This document shows, piece after piece, positions 59,859 through 64,000 of a DNA stretch of 64,000 nucleotides. The notes beneath the pieces are model-generated. The model saw only the letters and a program-made list of their open reading frames with translations, was not told the DNA's origin and made no database searches. Source of the DNA: Hydrolagus affinis. Lineage: Eukaryota. A program made the translations under genes and the position numbers. The stretch is from positions 1-64,000 of the forward strand of contig JAAILG010001525.1 of the NCBI GenBank assembly GCA_012026655.1. Direction: 5' to 3'. Positions within the stretch are counted from its first letter, which is position 1; each line of letters opens with the position of its first letter.

Positions 59859-62611
59859 CACATATGTGAATTATATGCATCAGTAGCATTTAGGTTAGCA
59901 CTTTTAAGCCCATTGGTATTGGGCAATGTTGTTGGGACTGCATATCATTCCAAGGGGGCGCAATATTATTTAATAATGCCCTCTCACAGCGCGCTGCTCA
60001 GAGGAAGAGTAGGGGGAGGAGGAGGAGAGGGAAGAGTGATCTAGCTCCACTAAAATAGTTTCCTGCGGAACAAAGGGTCTTTCTTGCATTTAATTTAATT
60101 GCAGCGCAAATTCTTTCAGAAGGAGCCGGAAATCATTCATCTCCATTAACCTTGGGTGGAAATGGATTATTTATGCAAAATAATAATAAAAAAGAAACTG
60201 CATAGGAGCAGATAAGGTGGCAATAGAGAGTTACAAACAGTCGATCGTTCACTGGGACAGATGTGGACCTTTTGAAATGATGTTTTCACGCCAAAGACAC
60301 CGCCGCAGCGAACGTAAACGGGTATTACTCTCGTCGAATTGAGTGTTCAAAACGTCTAGTGACTAGTGACACGGGGGTGACTTCCAACTGCTTTAAAGGG
60401 AGCGTCGCCGAGAAAGAAAATGTGTGTGGGGGAAGAAGTGCGCCATAAACAAAGGAATGGTATTTTTAGCATTGGAAAATGGAGAAGAAGATATTGTATT
60501 TTGTTTGGGATTGATGTTATCACAAATGTATTTATAAATAAATATATATTTTCCAAAAAAAAACTTTCACTAGCGACTCCCTAATAAAACAGTGAGATGT
60601 TTGCTGTACTGTAGTTTAGGTGTTTGTCAACCTGACTTAGTCATTAACTCTCTCGCCTCCAAAGTCAAAATCCTATGGGTTCAATCAAACTCACATCAAG
60701 ACTTTGAACCCATAGTATAGGCTGACTTGCCAGACAGTGCTATTAATGACAAACTGTGGAGGTTTAGCTGTTGAGACTCCAGCAGCTGCAACGGACAGTC
60801 TGGGGTCCTCAAGTTGGCTCTAGTCTAGGCTGCCGCTCCAGTGCTGTGCTGGGGGCAGAGCTGCGCTGTCGGAATGAGACGTTAAACCGAGGTCACGCTT
60901 GAAGACCTTTCTCTTCGAACGCACCTACGGTCACCTCCCCTCCACCCCCAGCTTGGCCTCAGGCTCCGCCATTGTTAACCACTCTGAAAACACAGCCCGG
61001 TGTGGGGGGCGCTTTATAAGTGTGAGTTGTTGATGTTGTTGAGGCCTTTTCGGCCTATTTAGATACATGTTAAGAATCCTGCATCACTACGCAAAAAGAG
61101 GAGAGAGATTCTCCCGTGTTCTGCCCAACAATCCCCCAGATAAAAGTGGTTATTTACTCCACGGCTGTTTGTGGGACATTGTTATACACAAATTGTCTAC
61201 TGCATTCCCCCTCCCTTCAAAAATACACAGTCGCTACACTTTACAGTGGTTCCTGTGAAGCACTTTCAGATAATCTCCCAGGTGAGACACAACATACAAG
61301 GATTATTACAGATCACACACCGTGTGTTTCTGTGGCTGCCAACAGGAACATCGAGGGTTACCAATCCACAAATTAATTACAGAAGACAGCACTGTGCAAT
61401 AAATGGCGAGGTAATTAAATCTTGTAAACGCACAGCGATGATATAATAGCGGGCGGACAGGATGGCATATCAATCCAAACGATTTTTAAGAGAATCATAG
61501 TGAAGTGGGTGTCGCGTTTCCTCAGTTTGGTACGGGGCAAGGCAAGTGGGTAGAAAGTAGAGTTCACATGCCCACAGGATGGAACAAGGCTTATACTGTT
61601 TGGTCTGTGCAACTCGCTTCACAAGATATAATATTGTATTTCATAACATTAAGCCCGTACCCAGAAAACTGCACAGTCACTCGGCTTTACTGTCTATCCT
61701 GTGAAGCGCTTTGAGACGTCTGAACGACATGATAAAACGATGTATCAAATGCCAAGGATTATTATTATGGGTTGCACCGTTCATTCCTGTATGGCACAAG
61801 GTGGCAGTCACTATTACACTGTCAGTGCCCTGTCAACAACTCCCCCACCAACTCCCCCACCAACTGCCCACCCCGTGATAAATTGGTCGTTGACTTTGTA
61901 GCTGTTTGTGGAGCTATCAGTCTACAAATACACAGCGATTTACTGTGAATTGTTTTGCGGGGTTTTGACGTTACAGGCGCCATAACAAGCGCTAAGAATT
62001 GTATATTACTTGGCTGGATGCGTGATGCTCGCTCCGTTTGGAAGCTGAACCGCAGTCTGACCTGGTTGGATTCAGGCAGGAGCTCTGCGTGGTGCGTCAT
62101 TCAACCCATTCAGTTCCAAACCGGGGGAGGTCGCGGGGAAATTCAGAGCAGCAAACGCCTCATTTAAACTGGGAATAGCCCGGGGTCACTACAGAGCGCA
62201 ACACGCACCCCAGTCTGTGGGTCGGTGTACGGCATCGCTCGATCGTCCATCCATCACCACTCACAAAGCGTCACCTTAATGCTCACCTCTCCCCGTGCTG
62301 CCTTGCTGCTCGCTCTGTCTTAGTCTCACCTCTATTCAGCTTCATCCATCATCCTCACTCTCACTGATTTCAGACACCCTCCATTCTATACTGCTGGTCA
62401 CAAGGCCCCCCTCTCTCTCTCTCCTCCCGTCCTCACCCTTGATGGAATGAACACTGTTGCTATCAGGAATGTGCTATTTATTAACTACTGTACCGTGATC
62501 AAATGGTAATAATTATTATTATTTGGTTATTTCACAATACTGGAATAACCATGATATTCAATCCCTCGCTGCACTTCACACAGACACTGTAGCGTTCTGG
62601 AGGAGGAGCGG

Positions 62612-62775
62612 TAATAATAATAATAATAATAATAATAATCCTTGCATTTGATATAGCGCTTTCCACATCTTATCAACGTCCCAAAGCGCTTCACAGAATA
62701 TACTGTAAAGTGAATTGACTGTATATATTTGTGGGCGAAACGCAGCAGCCAATTGTGCACAGCAGTGTCCTACAA
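62612..62775 (-). mobile_element. 5'-truncated SINE with expanded (TAA)n tail
   Basis: (TAA)9 followed by near-consensus tail and core. Further partial copies lie at ~8975, 9326, 17000, 17860, 22230, 35825, 41405, 48850, 49800, 54000 and 63600. Confidence 0.85.
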
Positions 62776-64000
62776 ATAGTAGCAGAAAGGTGCTTTGCCA
62801 TAATAAAACTATTATATATTCAGGACAACAGCACTCCTTCAAGCCAGGGCAACCCCATTTCTGAGAACACTCAAGATCTTCCTATGGATGTCTTGATTTC
62901 TGCTGAAGTGAGATTAAGGTTTAAATGCTTTGAGACGTCTTGACGATTTGATAAAGTGCTGTATTGAATGCAAGGATTATTATTGTAACTCTGGAACACT
63001 CTTCCCTCTCTCCGCTTTCTTAAGTTCCACCTGAAAACGTTCCTCTGCGACCGTGCTTGAACAACCACCTCCCTCCCAACTATCCCCTCTAGCTCGGAGT
63101 CGGACTCCGCCACTGTTAAGCGCTCTGAGACGTGACCCTGCATGGTATAAGTGCAAGTATAAGTGCAAGTTGTCGCTATTAGTATTATTATTTCAACACA
63201 CGGAAAAACAAAATATTAACACTTTCTCAGAATAGCACAAAGGATTCACGTTTGCAAAAGGATTTGATGTTCAGGGACTCAGAGACACATTCCTGCCTCG
63301 AATGGTGTATTCAAAGAACAAATCTGTAAGCGTCGCAAGAATGTTTGACTTTTGGGAGAATTCATGGCTGTTACCGTTGCGAATCCCACACAGGCGGTTA
63401 ATGAAAGTGCTTCTTCCTTGCAATGTTCCATCAGATTACATGGATCACTTCATGACCAGCTACACCCATGCAGAGATCAAAATTAAACCATCTGACCACG
63501 GGCAGTACTGAAAGCAGCACAGTGAGGTCCCATGAGCCTGGAAGTTATTGGGTAATAAGTTGATTAATATGCACTAATGTGCTTTAGTAATGATAAATTA
63601 ATAATAATAAATAATCCTTCCATTTGATGTAGCACTTTATCACGTCGATTTGAAACATCTTGAAGCACTTCACATAATATACTATAAAGTGAATTGACTG
63701 TATGTTTTGTGGGGGAAATGCAGCAGCCAATAGTGCACAGAGCAGTGTCCCCCACCCTACAAATAGTCCTAGATTGGGTGACCAAACTACTCTTAGTAAT
63801 TTTTGGGAGGGGAAATATTACTACCGGGAAAACGTGAGTGATTGTATTCTTTGTGGATGAACCTGGCAGACAATCAGCAGATAGTAACATCCCATAAATA
63901 GCCATGAAGTGAACGACTGATTTTTATTTGGGGGTTTGCTGGCCAGGACACAGGACCGAATGTCTGAGGTCGTTGGACGGAGCTACTGACACCGCAGCCT

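Noticed and set aside
3978-63150. Recurrent ~35-bp palindromic motif AGCGCC/TTT...GACGTC...AAAG/AGCGCT resembling a CRISPR-like repeat
   Set aside because: Copies are dispersed, irregularly spaced and in both orientations, and are explained as L2/SINE 3' stem-loops in a vertebrate genome.
45121-64000. Search for EPHA10 exon 5 (FN3 domain 1) or a nested gene, including ORFs 53304-53699 and 51753-52151
   Set aside because: No Eph-like or other recognisable translation was found by eye. The ORFs are low-complexity, repeat-derived or of chance length, so the region is treated as one large intron.

Overview
Vertebrate genomic DNA. The repeat content (tRNA-headed SINEs with a DeuSINE-like core, many CR1 and L2 LINE 3' ends) points to a cartilaginous fish, probably a holocephalan such as elephant shark or chimaera; this assignment is inference. 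Two protein-coding genes are supported. (1) The 3' part of EPHA10 lies on the minus strand: 12 GT-AG exons from 45120 down to the stop at 21542 splice in frame (1655 nt) and encode the second FN3 domain, TM helix, juxtamembrane segment, pseudokinase domain, SAM domain and a C-terminal VQV PDZ motif. The earlier exons lie beyond 64000. (2) An intact, intronless, GC3/CpG-rich ZPBP (Sp38)-family ORF lies on the plus strand at 10117-11145, convergent with EPHA10, and is probably a functional retrogene. The rest is intron, UTR or intergenic DNA with SINEs, CR1/L2 remnants, a deleted and partly inverted mariner, a hAT MITE and microsatellites. I found no evidence for a wholly new biological system. 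The most interesting signals are the ZPBP retrogene, the intermediate pseudokinase state of EphA10 (VAIK kept, HRD->HKT, DFG->GFR), facing polyA signals at the ZPBP 3' end and an unexplained 17-bp inverted repeat. Comparisons with human proteins are from memory and need checking by alignment. Repeat boundaries are approximate.
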